Virus record (IMG/VR): IMGVR_UViG_2885633469_000002
Location: 82,103 to 146,102 of that record
Length of the DNA: 64,000 nt
Reading direction: 5' to 3' (one strand)
Source: a virus
Taxonomy: Duplodnaviria > Caudoviricetes
In this document: in pieces, positions 62,561 through 64,000 of the stretch
How positions within the stretch are numbered: position 1 is the first letter of the stretch
Layout of the letters: each line of letters opens with the position of its first letter
The notes under the pieces: generated by a model
Database searches by the model: none
What the model saw: only the letters and a program-made list of their open reading frames with translations
Told to the model about the DNA's origin: nothing
Made by a program: the position numbers and the translations under genes

Positions 62561-62784
62561 ACATTGACTAATATAAAATAATTTAATAATTTAATTTGAC
62601 AAAACAAGAAAATGGTGGTAATATATAAATATAGTAATACAAAACAATTTAAAAATGATTTAAAATTTGAATTTTATTAAAACTGATAGATAGGAAATAG
62701 TATTTAAATATTGTTATTTACATATTAAGCTTTAGTTATGATATTATTAATTATAGGTAGTGATTAAAGTATTTTAAAATAAAG

Positions 62785-63000
62785 TTGAGGAGATTAGACT
62801 TAATATCAAAGAGAATTAAGAAAAATAAAATTGAAAATTTAAATAATAATAGAAAAATAAAATCATCAGATAATAAAGCAACTTACTGTAAATATTATAA
62901 AAATAATATATGTTTGTTAGATAATAAGAAGTGTCATTTAAAGGAAATAAATGAGAAGGGATTTACATTTGATTGTTATAAAATAGTATATGATAAATAG
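62785..63000 (+). CDS. hypothetical protein
   Basis: Short Cys-containing ORF; start uncertain. Confidence 0.4.
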   Translation: MRRLDLISKRIKKNKIENLNNNRKIKSSDNKATYCKYYKNNICLLDNKKCHLKEINEKGFTFDCYKIVYDK

Positions 63001-63017
63001 TTTAAGGGGAGGTAAAG

Positions 63018-63167
63018 ATGAAATTAAAATGTATTAAAGAAGTCGAAGGATTTACAGTAGGAAAAACATATAAATTATTAGGTTGTGCAGGAGAATATGT
63101 TTGTTTGAAAGATGATAACAATGAACAATATACGTTATTTGAAAGTTATTTTGAAATTGTAAAATAA
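63018..63167 (+). CDS. small hypothetical protein (49 aa)
   Basis: GGGGAGG RBS; MKLKCIKEVEGFTVGKTY.. Confidence 0.6.
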   Translation: MKLKCIKEVEGFTVGKTYKLLGCAGEYVCLKDDNNEQYTLFESYFEIVK

Positions 63168-63180
63168 TTTAAAAGATGGT

Positions 63181-63378
63181 GTGTTATATATGGAAAATTT
63201 AAAAATTCAAGCTATAAGTATATTCAAAAAATATCCAGAAAACATCAATATAGATTTGTTAAGAAGACATTTAAAAATAGGTTTGGTAAAGGCAAATAAG
63301 TTAATGGATTTACTTGAAAAAGAAGGTTTTGTTAGTGAGTATGATAAGAACGGGAAAAGAGAGCTTATAATAAAATAA
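63181..63378 (+). CDS. stand-alone FtsK gamma-domain protein
   Basis: LLRRHLKIGLVKANKLMDLLEKEGFVS..GKRELI matches the gamma consensus LQRRLRIGYNRAARLID.LE..G.V....RE.L. Confidence 0.75.
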   Translation: MLYMENLKIQAISIFKKYPENINIDLLRRHLKIGLVKANKLMDLLEKEGFVSEYDKNGKRELIIK

Positions 63379-63454
63379 TTTAAAACACTTGTTTTATCAA
63401 AAAAATGATGAATAATTTGAAATTATTGTTCATTAATAAGGAGGAAGAAGATAA

Positions 63455-63790
63455 ATGATTACTAATAATGATAACAGAAGTGATAAGTTTTATCCTATGA
63501 ACCATGAATTATTTAATAAATGTGTAGCATTTACTTTAAGAAATGGAGATAGAAAGGTTTCTTATTGTAAGATAAAAGATGGAGTATTTTATGGTGGTAT
63601 GGCAGATTCCCTTGAAGATGCATTTGAATGGTGCAAAGTGTTTTATGAAGAGGATAATAGTTTTGATTTATCTATTGGTGATTTTAGGGAAGAAGGTAGT
63701 ATATGGAGTACAAAAGACATTTTGCATGAAATGGGGATTATTCCAAATGAAGAATATAATAAATATATTGATAATTTAAAAACTGATTAG
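63455..63790 (+). CDS. hypothetical protein
   Basis: AAGGAGG RBS. Confidence 0.65.
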   Translation: MITNNDNRSDKFYPMNHELFNKCVAFTLRNGDRKVSYCKIKDGVFYGGMADSLEDAFEWCKVFYEEDNSFDLSIGDFREEGSIWSTKDILHEMGIIPNEEYNKYIDNLKTD

Positions 63791-63820
63791 TTGCACAATA
63801 CAAAAAATGGAGGAGATAAA

Positions 63821-64000
63821 ATGTTTAATAATAGATTTTGCTATAGAATAGCCAAAGAAGCCGAAGTTGGTTTGGATGAAGAATTGAAGGACTATTGTGA
63901 GGCTTATATCGAAACAACAATGCAAACCAAAAAAGAAATACCAGAAGAACTCAAAAGTGATATTGCAGAAAATCTAAAAATAGGATTAGCTGGTCAATTA
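63821..64000 (+). CDS. hypothetical protein, partial
   Basis: GGAGGAG RBS; open to window end. Confidence 0.55.
   Translation, partial: MFNNRFCYRIAKEAEVGLDEELKDYCEAYIETTMQTKKEIPEELKSDIAENLKIGLAGQL

Overview
Very AT-rich Clostridium-type sequence that reads as part of a large temperate phage or phage-plasmid related to SPbeta and C. botulinum c-st. No structural, rRNA, tRNA or CRISPR genes were seen. Left arm (minus strand): a YonO-like single-subunit RNA polymerase running off the left edge (missed by the ORF track), a GIY-YIG nuclease, a DNA methyltransferase, a group II intron 3' remnant, an antirepressor and a Rep-like HTH gene. Centre: a TubY/tubC/TubR/TubZ partition locus, then an FtsK-like ATPase, a replication-relaxation protein and SpoIIIAC-like membrane proteins behind a putative sporulation promoter, followed by a palindrome-rich gap. 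Right arm (plus strand): many small early-type genes with consensus sigma-A promoters, a recurrent operator-like motif and recurrent TATAACAG-loop hairpins; two IS200/IS605 families with full, mini and orphan-end copies; a MazF-TPR-DndB/YopQ-like-MrpR/YopR-like lysogeny module followed by a LexA-box gene; a DnaA-box/iteron origin with RepA; a defence-like island (REase-like, Fic, FaRel2-like toxSAS pair, FRG, Sir2/AbiH-like); a Xer-like recombinase; an RNA ligase plus PNK-HD pair; and a stand-alone FtsK-gamma domain. All family assignments are by-eye motif recognition, not database searches.
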